Shown here: piece after piece, positions 29,820-38,933 of the stretch
Position numbering within the stretch: position 1 is the stretch's first letter
How the letters are laid out: the number at the start of each line of letters is the position of its first letter
Origin: Bacteroidota bacterium
Lineage (GTDB): Bacteria; Bacteroidota; Bacteroidia; Bacteroidales; UBA1715
Direction of reading: 5' to 3'
DNA: 64,000 nt
Assembly: GCA_009786075.1 (NCBI GenBank)
Contig: WQTX01000006.1
Location: 99 to 64,098 of the forward strand
Notes under the pieces: generated by a model
Database searches by the model: none
What the model saw: only the letters and a program-made list of their open reading frames with translations
What the model was told of the DNA's origin: nothing
Position numbers and translations under genes: made by a program

Positions 29820-29827
29820 CAAATGTA
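29820..29827 (-). promoter_or_regulatory. Bacteroidota sigmaA -7 element for the rSAM operon
   Basis: TACATTTG on the minus strand (TAnnTTTG), about 22 nt upstream of ATG 29797. Confidence 0.55.
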
Positions 29828-29961
29828 CTATTAAATTCTCACAAAGACACAAAGAATACAAAGTTTTTTAACTAAAAATTTGTTCACTAAAATTTACAAT
29901 TTACAATTTACAATTTGTAATTATTTCGTATTTTTACGCCGAATTAAAAAATCAACACAGA

Positions 29962-32900
29962 ATGATATATTTTTTTGAAAGCGTTCAAAGCAAAGTGATT
30001 GCCGTAGATTTTTCGGGCAATTTAGACAAACAAACACAGGAAAAATTGGAATGGCTTTTTAGCGGAGCAAAACTCGTAAATGCCAACGAAATAAGCGGAC
30101 AATTTATAGGGCCACGTAAGGAAATGATTACGCCGTGGAGTACCAATGCGGTGGAAATTACGCAAAATATGGGTATTCAGGGGATTGCGAGGATTGAAGA
30201 GTACAGCCCCCTAAATCCCCCTCAGGGGGGACTTCAAGAGCTGCAAAGCAGCTCTTACTCCTCCCCTGAGGGGAGGTTGGGTGGGGCTTCTGTGGGGGGG
30301 CTGTTCGACCCAATGCTACAACGTAAATACGAAAATCTTACCCAAGAAATTTTCGCAATCCACCACACCCCCGACCCAATTGAATATATTGAAAATATAG
30401 ACGAATACAACAAACAGGAAGGTTTGGCTTTGAACGCCGATGAAGTTGCGTATTTGAACGAACTTTCTGCAAAACTCGGCAGAAAATTAACCGACAGTGA
30501 AATTTTCGGATTTTCGCAAGTAAATTCGGAGCACTGCCGTCATAAAATTTTCAACGGTATGTTTGTGATTGATGGACAGGAAAAACCGTATTCATTATTT
30601 AAACTTATTCGTCAAACTACCGAGGCAAATCCAAATCGAGTAATTTCGGCATACAAAGATAATTGTGCATTTATCGACGCATCGAAAATCGAAATGTTTG
30701 TGCCCGAATCGCACAATAAATCCGATTATTTTACCATAAAAGATTTTGATTCGGTAATTTCGATAAAAGCCGAAACGCATAATTTCCCTACTACCGTAGA
30801 ACCTTTTAACGGTGCGGCAACCGGCTCAGGCGGCGAAATTCGCGACCGTATTGCAGGCGGAAAAGCTGCTTTCCCGATTGCAGGAACTGCCGTGTATATG
30901 ACTTCTTATACTCGTTTGGACAATCCAAACCGTTTGTGGGAAAATGCTACGCAGGCTCGTCCGTGGTTGTATCAAACGCCAAAAGATATTTTGATAAAAG
31001 CATCGAACGGCGCAAGCGATTTTGGTAATAAATTCGGGCAACCGCTTATTTGCGGTAGCGTTCTTACCTTTGAGCATTTTGAAAACGATAAAAAATACGG
31101 TTTCGACAAAGTAATAATGTTGGCAGGCGGTATTGGTTTTGCCAAAAAAATCGACAGCCTGAAAGACGACCCGCAAGTGGGCGACAATGTGGTGCTTTTG
31201 GGCGGCGATAATTACCGTATTGGTATGGGCGGCGGCGCAGTTTCTTCCGTTGCCACAGGCGAATTTAACAACGCAATAGAATTGAACGCCGTGCAGCGAA
31301 GTAACCCCGAAATGCAAAAACGCGCCTACAATGCCATTCGCGCTTTGGGCGAAATGGACAAAAATCCTGTGGTTTCGATTCACGACCACGGCGCAGGCGG
31401 ACATTTGAATTGTCTTTCGGAATTGGTGGAAAGCACCGGCGGAACCATTAACATTGACGCTCTGCCGATTGGCGACCCAACGCTTTCGGCAAAAGAAATT
31501 GTGGGCAACGAATCGCAAGAGCGTATGGGACTTGTGTTGCGCACCGAAGATATTGCGCTGTTGCAAGAAATTGCCGAGCGTGAACGTGCGCCAATGTACG
31601 TGATTGGAAAAACCACCGGCACGCACCAATTTACCTTTATAAATAATAAAAACGGCGAAAAACCAATTGACCTCAAACTTGAAGATATGTTTGGCAATCC
31701 GCCGAAAACCATTATGAACGACTCTACGCTTGCGCAAAATTTCAAAACTGTAGAAACGCAACAAGCTGAAATTGAAAATTATTTAAACCAAGTGTTACAA
31801 TTGGAATCGGTAAGTTGTAAAGATTATTTGACAAACAAAGTTGACCGTTCGGTAACGGGGCGCATTGCTACGCAACAATGTTGCGGCGAATTGCAATTGC
31901 CACTTAACAACTGTGGTGTGGTAGCGCTTGATTTTCAAGGCGAACGGGGAATTGCAACAGCACTCGGACACGCTCCGGCGGCGGCAATGATTTCGGCTGC
32001 AAATGGGTCAATTTTGGCAATTGCCGAATCGCTTACTAATATTGTATTTACGCCAATTCAAGACGGTTTGCAAGGAATTTCTTTGAGCGCAAACTGGATG
32101 TGGCCCTGCAAAAATGCAGGCGAAGATGCTCGCCTCTACGAAGCTGTGGAAGCCGCAAGCGATTTTGCAAAAGCGTTGAAAATCAACATTCCAACGGGAA
32201 AAGATTCGCTTTCGATGACACAAAAATACCGCGATGGCGATGTGGTGTATTCGCCCGGAACGGTTATTATTACTTCGGTTGGCGAAGTTTCCGATATTAA
32301 AAAAACGGTTGAGCCGGTTGTAAAACCAATTGACGATACAATTATAATATATGTAGATTTCGGAAAATCGGGCGAAGAATTGGGCGGCTCGGCGTTGGCG
32401 CAGGTGTTGAATGTACTTGGCACAAAAACACCAAGTGTGAGCGACCCTCGTTATTTTTCAAAAACATTTGCCACAATTCAACAATTGGTTTCCGAAGGTA
32501 AAATCTATGCCGGACACGACGTTTCGAGTGGCGGTTTATTGACTTGCCTTGCCGAAATGTGTTTTGCAAATACCACCGGCGGCTTGAAACTTTCAATCAA
32601 AGATTTCAAAAACGACGATGCCGTTGCGGTGTTGTTCAACGAAAATCCTGCGCTTGTAATTCAAATTGATAAAGCGACTTTACAAGAACTTGACAAACAA
32701 GAAATTTCATACAAAGTGTTAGGCGGAGTGCAAACCACACACGAACTAACAATAGAAACCAAAATCGAAACGTTGAATTTCTCAATCGACGATTTGCGCA
32801 CCACGTGGTACACTACTTCCTACTTGCTCGATTGCGAACAAAGCGGCGAAGAAAAAGCATTGGAACGTTTTGAAAATCATGCACAAACGCCGTTGAAATA

Positions 32901-33732
32901 TAGCTTCCCGAAAAACTTTACAGGAAAAATTTCCGACTATAATCTTAATTTGCACCGCAAAACAAAATCAGGCGTAAAAGCCGCAATTATTCGCGAAAAA
33001 GGCAGCAACGGCGACCGTGAAATGGCGTGGAGCTTGTATGCCGCAGGTTTTGATGTAAAAGACGTGCACATGACCGACCTTATTAGCGGACGTGAAACTT
33101 TGGAAGATATACAAATGATTGTATTCGTAGGCGGTTTCTCAAATTCCGACGTGTTAGGCTCGGCAAAAGGTTGGGCAGGCGCATTTTTGTACAACGAAAA
33201 GGCAAAACAGGCATTAGATAATTTCTACGCTCGCCCCGATACTATGAGTTTGGGCGTGTGCAACGGTTGTCAATTGATGATAGAATTGGGGCTTGTAAAT
33301 AGCAATCACGCTGAAAAACCCCGTATGGAACACAACGATTCACATAAATTTGAATCGAATTTTGTGGGCGTTGCCGTTCAACCAAGCACAAGCATTATGC
33401 TTAAATCGCTTGAAAACAGCGCACTCGGAATATGGATTGCGCATGGCGAAGGTAAATTCAAGTTGCCGTACGATAAATCAAAATATCAGATTGCAATGAC
33501 TTACGCTTACGCAAGTTACCCTGCAAATCCAAACGGTTCGGATTACAACGTGGCGGGAATTTCGTCGGACGATGGTCGCCATTTGGTAATGATGCCGCAT
33601 TTGGAGCGTTCTCTCTATCCTTGGAATTGGGCGCATTACGATGCTAATCGTGGTGATGATGAAATTTCGCCTTGGATTGAGGCTTTTGTGAATGCGCGAA
33701 AATGGATTGAGGGGCTGGTAAAGAAATCTTGA
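29962..33732 (+). CDS. purL: Phosphoribosylformylglycinamidine synthase (large type)
   Basis: NSEHCRHKIF, KAETHNFPT, HDHGAGG, GNESQERM, GKDSLS, GVCNGCQ, MMPHLER. Confidence 0.97.
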   Translation: MIYFFESVQSKVIAVDFSGNLDKQTQEKLEWLFSGAKLVNANEISGQFIGPRKEMITPWSTNAVEITQNMGIQGIARIEEYSPLNPPQGGLQELQSSSYSSPEGRLGGASVGGLFDPMLQRKYENLTQEIFAIHHTPDPIEYIENIDEYNKQEGLALNADEVAYLNELSAKLGRKLTDSEIFGFSQVNSEHCRHKIFNGMFVIDGQEKPYSLFKLIRQTTEANPNRVISAYKDNCAFIDASKIEMFVPESHNKSDYFTIKDFDSVISIKAETHNFPTTVEPFNGAATGSGGEIRDRIAGGKAAFPIAGTAVYMTSYTRLDNPNRLWENATQARPWLYQTPKDILIKASNGASDFGNKFGQPLICGSVLTFEHFENDKKYGFDKVIMLAGGIGFAKKIDSLKDDPQVGDNVVLLGGDNYRIGMGGGAVSSVATGEFNNAIELNAVQRSNPEMQKRAYNAIRALGEMDKNPVVSIHDHGAGGHLNCLSELVESTGGTINIDALPIGDPTLSAKEIVGNESQERMGLVLRTEDIALLQEIAERERAPMYVIGKTTGTHQFTFINNKNGEKPIDLKLEDMFGNPPKTIMNDSTLAQNFKTVETQQAEIENYLNQVLQLESVSCKDYLTNKVDRSVTGRIATQQCCGELQLPLNNCGVVALDFQGERGIATALGHAPAAAMISAANGSILAIAESLTNIVFTPIQDGLQGISLSANWMWPCKNAGEDARLYEAVEAASDFAKALKINIPTGKDSLSMTQKYRDGDVVYSPGTVIITSVGEVSDIKKTVEPVVKPIDDTIIIYVDFGKSGEELGGSALAQVLNVLGTKTPSVSDPRYFSKTFATIQQLVSEGKIYAGHDVSSGGLLTCLAEMCFANTTGGLKLSIKDFKNDDAVAVLFNENPALVIQIDKATLQELDKQEISYKVLGGVQTTHELTIETKIETLNFSIDDLRTTWYTTSYLLDCEQSGEEKALERFENHAQTPLKYSFPKNFTGKISDYNLNLHRKTKSGVKAAIIREKGSNGDREMAWSLYAAGFDVKDVHMTDLISGRETLEDIQMIVFVGGFSNSDVLGSAKGWAGAFLYNEKAKQALDNFYARPDTMSLGVCNGCQLMIELGLVNSNHAEKPRMEHNDSHKFESNFVGVAVQPSTSIMLKSLENSALGIWIAHGEGKFKLPYDKSKYQIAMTYAYASYPANPNGSDYNVAGISSDDGRHLVMMPHLERSLYPWNWAHYDANRGDDEISPWIEAFVNARKWIEGLVKKS
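30205..30302. repeat. CCCCCTAAATCCCCC-family element inserted in frame within purL
   Basis: AGCCCCCTAAATCCCCCTCAGGGGGGACTT...CTCCCCTGAGGGGAGGTTGGGTGGGGCT; left end near-identical to 25283-25311. Confidence 0.85.
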
Positions 33733-33786
33733 TGTCGCAAATTGCGATTTCAAGTTGGAATAAACACCCTAAAAAAATTACTTACA

Positions 33787-34383
33787 ATGGAATTACTGCC
33801 AATAAAAAATTTGATATACGAAATTCGAGGTTACAAAGTAATGTTGGACTTTGACCTTGCCGAAATGTACGAAGTTGAAACAAAACGTTTGAAAGAACAA
33901 GTTCGACGCAATATTGAACGCTTTCCCAATGATTTTATGTTTCAACTAACTAAAAATGAGTGGAATGAACTGGTCGCAAATTGCGACCAGTTGCCTAAAA
34001 ATATAAAACACAGCTATATTCTTCCGTCTGCATTTACCCAAGAAGGAGTAGCAATGTTGTCGGGTGTTTTGCATTCGCCTATTGCAATAGATGCCAACAT
34101 ACGTATTATGCGAGCCTTTGTAGCAGTGCGCCAATTCGTTCAAAACTCGCCTATTGATAAAACAAGCGAACTCGAACGTGAAGTAAAAGAATTAAAACAA
34201 TACATAGAAGAAGTTTTTACCGATTACAACGATATAAACGAAGATACTCGTGTGCAACTCGAACAAATAAATACTGCACTCGCCGAAATGCAGGTACAAA
34301 ACCGTTTACCTGCTAAACCCCGCCGTAGAATTGGCTTTTTTACCGAAGAACAACGGAAGAATAAGGAAGATATGATTGAATGA
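33787..34383 (+). CDS. ORF6N-domain DNA-binding protein
   Basis: IYEIRGYKVMLDFDLAEMYEVET...VRRNIERFPNDFMFQL, AFTQEGVAMLSGVL, IMRAFV, RIGF; start moved to ATG 33787. Confidence 0.9.
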   Translation: MELLPIKNLIYEIRGYKVMLDFDLAEMYEVETKRLKEQVRRNIERFPNDFMFQLTKNEWNELVANCDQLPKNIKHSYILPSAFTQEGVAMLSGVLHSPIAIDANIRIMRAFVAVRQFVQNSPIDKTSELEREVKELKQYIEEVFTDYNDINEDTRVQLEQINTALAEMQVQNRLPAKPRRRIGFFTEEQRKNKEDMIE

Positions 34384-34404
34384 AAAACAAAATAGAAATA
34401 TACA

Positions 34405-35073
34405 ATGACAACAAAAATCAAAATAATAACAATGGGGATTGCAGGTGCTTTATTGGGAATTTTCTCTTGCTTCGGACAATCAAAATCAAAACCCTCTTTT
34501 CAGGAACAGTTTGAAATTTTCACAGAATTAGGTTTTACCTTAAATCAAGGTGTTGATACGTCTGACATTAATCGTTGGGAAGGCGGCTACAAAGAATTTG
34601 AGGAACTGCCGTTTAGTTTGATGTATCAAACACTCGGATTGACAATAGAAGAAGAACCTTGGACTCCAATTACCAATAAATGTTGGGATTTTGACCTTGA
34701 AGCAATTGAAGACCACGGTGATTACATTGACATAATGAAAAATATTTCAAGAATTACAAATGGAGAACTTATATTTGAAAACCTTGAAGATTATGTTGAT
34801 ATTGAGGAAGGAAAAGCGTGGATTTCATTTACGTGTCAAGGCGACAAATATAAATGGAATTTAAAAGTTGATAATGATTGGGCGGACGGAAGTTTATTTG
34901 ATAAAGTCCAAGAATTGGCTGAAAAATACAGAACAAAAGGACGATTTACCTATTTTAATACAGGAGGACAAAATTTCGTTCTCGGTTATCACACAAAAGA
35001 AGAACTTGAAATAATTAAAGCAAAAACACGGCTCAACATAGTGTGGCTGAAAGCAAAAGGACAGATTTATTAA
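34405..35073 (+). CDS. Hypothetical protein
   Basis: 222-aa ORF with hydrophobic N-terminus; no family recognised. Confidence 0.65.
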   Translation: MTTKIKIITMGIAGALLGIFSCFGQSKSKPSFQEQFEIFTELGFTLNQGVDTSDINRWEGGYKEFEELPFSLMYQTLGLTIEEEPWTPITNKCWDFDLEAIEDHGDYIDIMKNISRITNGELIFENLEDYVDIEEGKAWISFTCQGDKYKWNLKVDNDWADGSLFDKVQELAEKYRTKGRFTYFNTGGQNFVLGYHTKEELEIIKAKTRLNIVWLKAKGQIY

Positions 35074-35398
35074 TACAATCGAGTTTGATTTAGGCTTTGC
35101 CTAAAAAACAGAAAAAACAATGATTATTGAAATCGTTGCTTTTTTATTTTGCTCTTTGGGTCTTTTATAAAAATATATTGAGTTTTTTAATTATTATAAA
35201 GCAATTATTATAAGACAATAATTATAAAGTAATAATTGCACGACACAAAATGCAAATGCAGCAAAGAGAAAAATATTGATTATTTACTTTTATATGCAAA
35301 AATTCCACGAAAAAGATTTGTAATTAAAAATAATTTGTAAATTTGCCGTCCAATTTATTGGGATAATAAAGTTTAAGTAAACAAAACAAAGTCAAGAA

Positions 35399-35842
35399 GT
35401 GGATACTTTAAGTTATAAAACAAAGTCGGCTAACAAAGCTACCGTACAAAAAGAGTGGTTCGTTGTAGATGCAACAGACCAAGTAGTAGGACGTTTGAGT
35501 TCTCAAATTGCGAAAATTATTCGTGGTAAACACAAATCATCATTCACTCCGCACGTAGATTGCGGCGACCGTGTGATAGTAATAAACGCTGAGAAAGCGA
35601 AATTTACCGGCAAAAAAATGAGCGATAAACAATACCTTCGCCACACCGGTTACCCCGGCGGACAAAGATTTGAAACTCCCGAAAGTTTATTGGTAAAAGC
35701 ACCTGCACGCATTATTGAACACGCCGTGAAAGGTATGTTGCCAAAAACAATTTTAGGTCGTCAATGTATGAAAAATTTATTTGTATATGCCGGTCCCGTT
35801 CACAATCAAGAAGCTCAACAACCAAAAGAATTAAAATTTTAA
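35399..35842 (+). CDS. rplM: 50S ribosomal protein L13
   Basis: WFVVDA, GRL, TPHVDCGD, HTGYPGG, AVKGMLP; GTG start; TAAATTTG promoter at 35338-35345. Confidence 0.98.
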   Translation: MDTLSYKTKSANKATVQKEWFVVDATDQVVGRLSSQIAKIIRGKHKSSFTPHVDCGDRVIVINAEKAKFTGKKMSDKQYLRHTGYPGGQRFETPESLLVKAPARIIEHAVKGMLPKTILGRQCMKNLFVYAGPVHNQEAQQPKELKF

Positions 35843-35850
35843 ATTGACGT

Positions 35851-36237
35851 ATGGAAGTAATTAACGCCTTAGGAAGAAGAAAAGCAGCCGTTGCCCGCAT
35901 TTATGTAAAAGAAGGTAAAGGTAGCATTACCATTAATAAAAAAGAATTACAAACGTATTTCCCCGAAGCTCGTCTTCAATACATTGTAAACCAACCTTTA
36001 CAAGCAACTGAAAAAGCAGGTGCTTTCGACATCAATGTAAATTTATGTGGAGGCGGATTTAAAGGTCAAGCCGAAGCGTTGCGTTTAGCAATTGCCCGCG
36101 CATTGGTTAAGTTCGACGAAGAAAATAAAGCGGTACTTCGCAAAAACGGTTTCTTAACTCGCGACCAGCGCGAAGTTGAGCGTAAAAAACCGGGTCAGAA
36201 AAAAGCTCGCAAGAGATTTCAATTTAGTAAACGTTAA
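35851..36237 (+). CDS. rpsI: 30S ribosomal protein S9
   Basis: GRRKAAVAR, GGGFKGQAEA, ERKKPGQKKARKRFQFSKR. Confidence 0.98.
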   Translation: MEVINALGRRKAAVARIYVKEGKGSITINKKELQTYFPEARLQYIVNQPLQATEKAGAFDINVNLCGGGFKGQAEALRLAIARALVKFDEENKAVLRKNGFLTRDQREVERKKPGQKKARKRFQFSKR

Positions 36238-36267
36238 TATTATAGTAATAACCCTATTCTAATTAGA

Positions 36268-36366
36268 GCGTTGTTTATACTCTAAACGTCTGAGACTACA
36301 AAACAATTATTAATTGTTAATTGAATTGTGCTACTCAGGGGTTGCTCCTAATTGAATGAAAACAAC
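36268..36366 (+). promoter_or_regulatory. Probable structured rpsB leader (S2 autoregulatory element)
   Basis: 138-nt rpsI-rpsB spacer with pairings GTTGTTT/AAACAAC and CTGAG/CTCAG; position typical of S2 leaders. Confidence 0.4.
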
Positions 36367-36375
36367 AAAAACAAA

Positions 36376-37191
36376 ATGGCAAGAACAGAATTTAATGAAC
36401 TGTTAGAAGCAGGTGCTCACTTCGGACACTTAAAAAGAAAATGGCACCCCGGTATGGCTCCATATATTTTTATGGAAAAAAACGGAATCCACATCATTGA
36501 CTTACACAAAACTATTGCAAAAATAGACGAATCGGCAGAAGCGCTTAAAAAAATAGCTCGCTCGGGTCGTAAAGTTTTATTTGTGGCTACGAAAAAACAA
36601 GCAAAAGAAGTAGTTGCTACAAAAGTACAGGAAATAGGTATGCCGTACATTACCGAGCGTTGGAGCGGAGGTATGCTTACAAACTTCCCTACGATTCGCA
36701 AAGCCGTGAAAAAAATGTCGTCAATCGACCGCATGGAAACTGACGGTTTGACTGCATCACTTTCAAAACGTGAAAAATTACAAATTTCTCGCCAACGTGA
36801 AAAATTAGAAAAAAACCTCGGTAGCATCGTGAGTTTAACTCGCCTTCCTGCTGCGTTGTTCGTGGTGGACGTAGTGCGTGAGCACATTGCCGTAAAAGAG
36901 GCAAAACGTTTGAATATTCCTGTTTTCGCAATTGTTGATACCAACGCAAATCCCGATATGGTTGATTTCGCAATTCCCGGAAACGATGACGCATCGAAAT
37001 CAATTGAAGTGATTTTAAGCAAAATTTGCGGAGCAATCAATGAAGGTCTTACTGAACGTAAAGTTGAGAAAGAAAAAGAAGTAAGCGCAAGCGACAAAGC
37101 AGAGAAAGAAGATGTTTCGGCAGGCTCAGCAACCGATGCTGCTGCTCCTAAAAAAACAAGTGCACGTAAACCAAGAACAATAAAAGAATAA
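36376..37191 (+). CDS. rpsB: 30S ribosomal protein S2
   Basis: LLEAGAHFGH, RWSGGMLTN, DTNANP, PGNDDA; start at ATG 36376. Confidence 0.98.
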   Translation: MARTEFNELLEAGAHFGHLKRKWHPGMAPYIFMEKNGIHIIDLHKTIAKIDESAEALKKIARSGRKVLFVATKKQAKEVVATKVQEIGMPYITERWSGGMLTNFPTIRKAVKKMSSIDRMETDGLTASLSKREKLQISRQREKLEKNLGSIVSLTRLPAALFVVDVVREHIAVKEAKRLNIPVFAIVDTNANPDMVDFAIPGNDDASKSIEVILSKICGAINEGLTERKVEKEKEVSASDKAEKEDVSAGSATDAAAPKKTSARKPRTIKE

Positions 37192-37196
37192 AAATT

Positions 37197-38027
37197 ATGA
37201 CACAGATAAGTGCTACAGAAGTTGCAAAATTACGTAAAATTACCGGTGCCGGTATGATGGACTGCAAACAAGCGTTGACAGAAAGCAATGGCGATTTTGA
37301 CGGTGCAATTGAATATTTAAGAAAAAAAGGACAAAAAATAGCTGCAAAACGTGAAGACCGCGATGCAAAAGAAGGTTGTGTACTTTCGGGAGTTTCTGCC
37401 GACGGAAAAGCAGCAAGTATTGTAGTAGTAAGTTGCGAAACCGACTTTGTTGCAAAAAATGAAGATTTTATTGCCTTCACACAATCGGTATTGAACGTGG
37501 CGTTGACAGAAAAACCAGCCGATGCAGAGGCTCTTAAAGCAATGAAAATAGGTAATGATACTATTGCCGAATTGATTACCGACCAAATGGGTAAAATTGG
37601 CGAAAAAATTGAATTGGGCTATTACGAATGTATTGCTGCCGAACAATGTTTTGCATATATACACACAGGAAATAAACTTGCAACTGTTGTAGGTTTTAAC
37701 CAAACCGGCGTTGATGCACAAGTAGGCAAAGACGTTGCAATGCAAGTTGCTGCTATGAATCCTGTTTCGGTGAGCAAAGACGACTGTCCTGCCGAAATTA
37801 TTGCAAAAGAAATCGAAATAGGCAAAGAGCAAGCTATCAACGAAGGTAAACCAGCTGAAATGGCTGAGAAAATTGCAATCGGTAAATTGAACAAATTCTA
37901 CAAAGAATCAACATTGTTGATGCAAGATTTTGTGAAAGATTCAAAAATCACTATCGAACAGTATTTGCAAGCACAAAATAAAGGGCTTACCGTTACTGCG
38001 TTTAGACGTTTTGGATTGTCGAACTAA
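37197..38027 (+). CDS. tsf: Elongation factor Ts
   Basis: LRKITGAGMMDCKQAL, CETDFVAKN. Confidence 0.98.
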   Translation: MTQISATEVAKLRKITGAGMMDCKQALTESNGDFDGAIEYLRKKGQKIAAKREDRDAKEGCVLSGVSADGKAASIVVVSCETDFVAKNEDFIAFTQSVLNVALTEKPADAEALKAMKIGNDTIAELITDQMGKIGEKIELGYYECIAAEQCFAYIHTGNKLATVVGFNQTGVDAQVGKDVAMQVAAMNPVSVSKDDCPAEIIAKEIEIGKEQAINEGKPAEMAEKIAIGKLNKFYKESTLLMQDFVKDSKITIEQYLQAQNKGLTVTAFRRFGLSN

Positions 38028-38048
38028 GACAAAAAAATGCAACAAAAT

Positions 38049-38088
38049 AAAAAAAAGGGAGTTTTATTGTTAAACTCTCTTTTTTTTT
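38049..38088 (+). terminator. Intrinsic terminator after tsf
   Basis: A run-GGGAGTTT...AAACTCTC-T run. Confidence 0.7.
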
Positions 38089-38116
38089 ACTATTTTAGCA
38101 AGCAAATTTGAAAGCT

Positions 38117-38827
38117 ATGTTAAAATATAAACGAATTTTATTAAAATTAAGTGGCGAATCTTTACAGGGTAAAGAAGGTCATGGAATAGACCCAACAGTA
38201 TTAAACACGTACGCACTGCAAATAAAAGATGCAGTAGAATTGGGCGCCGAAATAGGAATTGTTATTGGCGGCGGAAACATTTATCGAGGTTTGAAAGGTG
38301 CAAGTCAAGGTTACGATAGAGTGAAAGGCGATTATATGGGAATGTTGGCAACGGTAATCAATGCCCTTGCTTTGCAGTCGGCGCTTGAATGTATCGGCGT
38401 GCGTTCGCGAGTTATGACAGCCATTGCAATGGAACCTATTGGCGAAGCATATTCTAAAATTAGAATGGAGCATAGTCTTTCTCAAAAAGAGGTAATTATA
38501 TTTGCAGCCGGCACCGGTAATCCATTCTTTACAACCGATACCGCTGCTGCGCTCCGTGCCATAGAAATGGGTGCCGACGTGCTGCTCAAAGGTACTCGTG
38601 TTGATGGAATTTACACGACAGACCCCGAAAAAGATTCATCGGCAGTAAAATATGACAAACTTACTTTTCAAGAGGCTTACGAGAAAAAATTGCAAATTAT
38701 GGATTTGACTTCGTTTACCATGTGCAATGAAAATAAACTTCCCATTATTGTATTCAATATAAATAAAGCTGATAATTTGCAACAAATTGTACTCGGCGGA
38801 AAAGTGGGAACGATTGTGAAACCATAA
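38117..38827 (+). CDS. pyrH: UMP kinase
   Basis: RILLKLSGE, GGGNI, DYMGML, GNPFFTTD. Confidence 0.97.
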   Translation: MLKYKRILLKLSGESLQGKEGHGIDPTVLNTYALQIKDAVELGAEIGIVIGGGNIYRGLKGASQGYDRVKGDYMGMLATVINALALQSALECIGVRSRVMTAIAMEPIGEAYSKIRMEHSLSQKEVIIFAAGTGNPFFTTDTAAALRAIEMGADVLLKGTRVDGIYTTDPEKDSSAVKYDKLTFQEAYEKKLQIMDLTSFTMCNENKLPIIVFNINKADNLQQIVLGGKVGTIVKP

Positions 38828-38933
38828 ATAGACACAAGACCAATAGACTTTTAGATACAAGACAGTAATATATCTTAAAGTCTTTTGTCTAATGGTCTTT
38901 TGTCTAAAAGTCTAATATCTAAAACTCAATACT

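Noticed and set aside
30826-31764. 312-aa antisense ORF inside purL (likewise 36417-37097 in rpsB, 54215-54937 and 56204-56881 in the surface protein, 3058-3747 in the PKD gene)
   Set aside because: Shadow ORFs opposite well-supported genes, with no recognisable motifs.
31749-31765. GTAGAAACGCAAC in purL resembling a GTAG REP half
   Set aside because: No complementary arm; too short to distinguish from chance.
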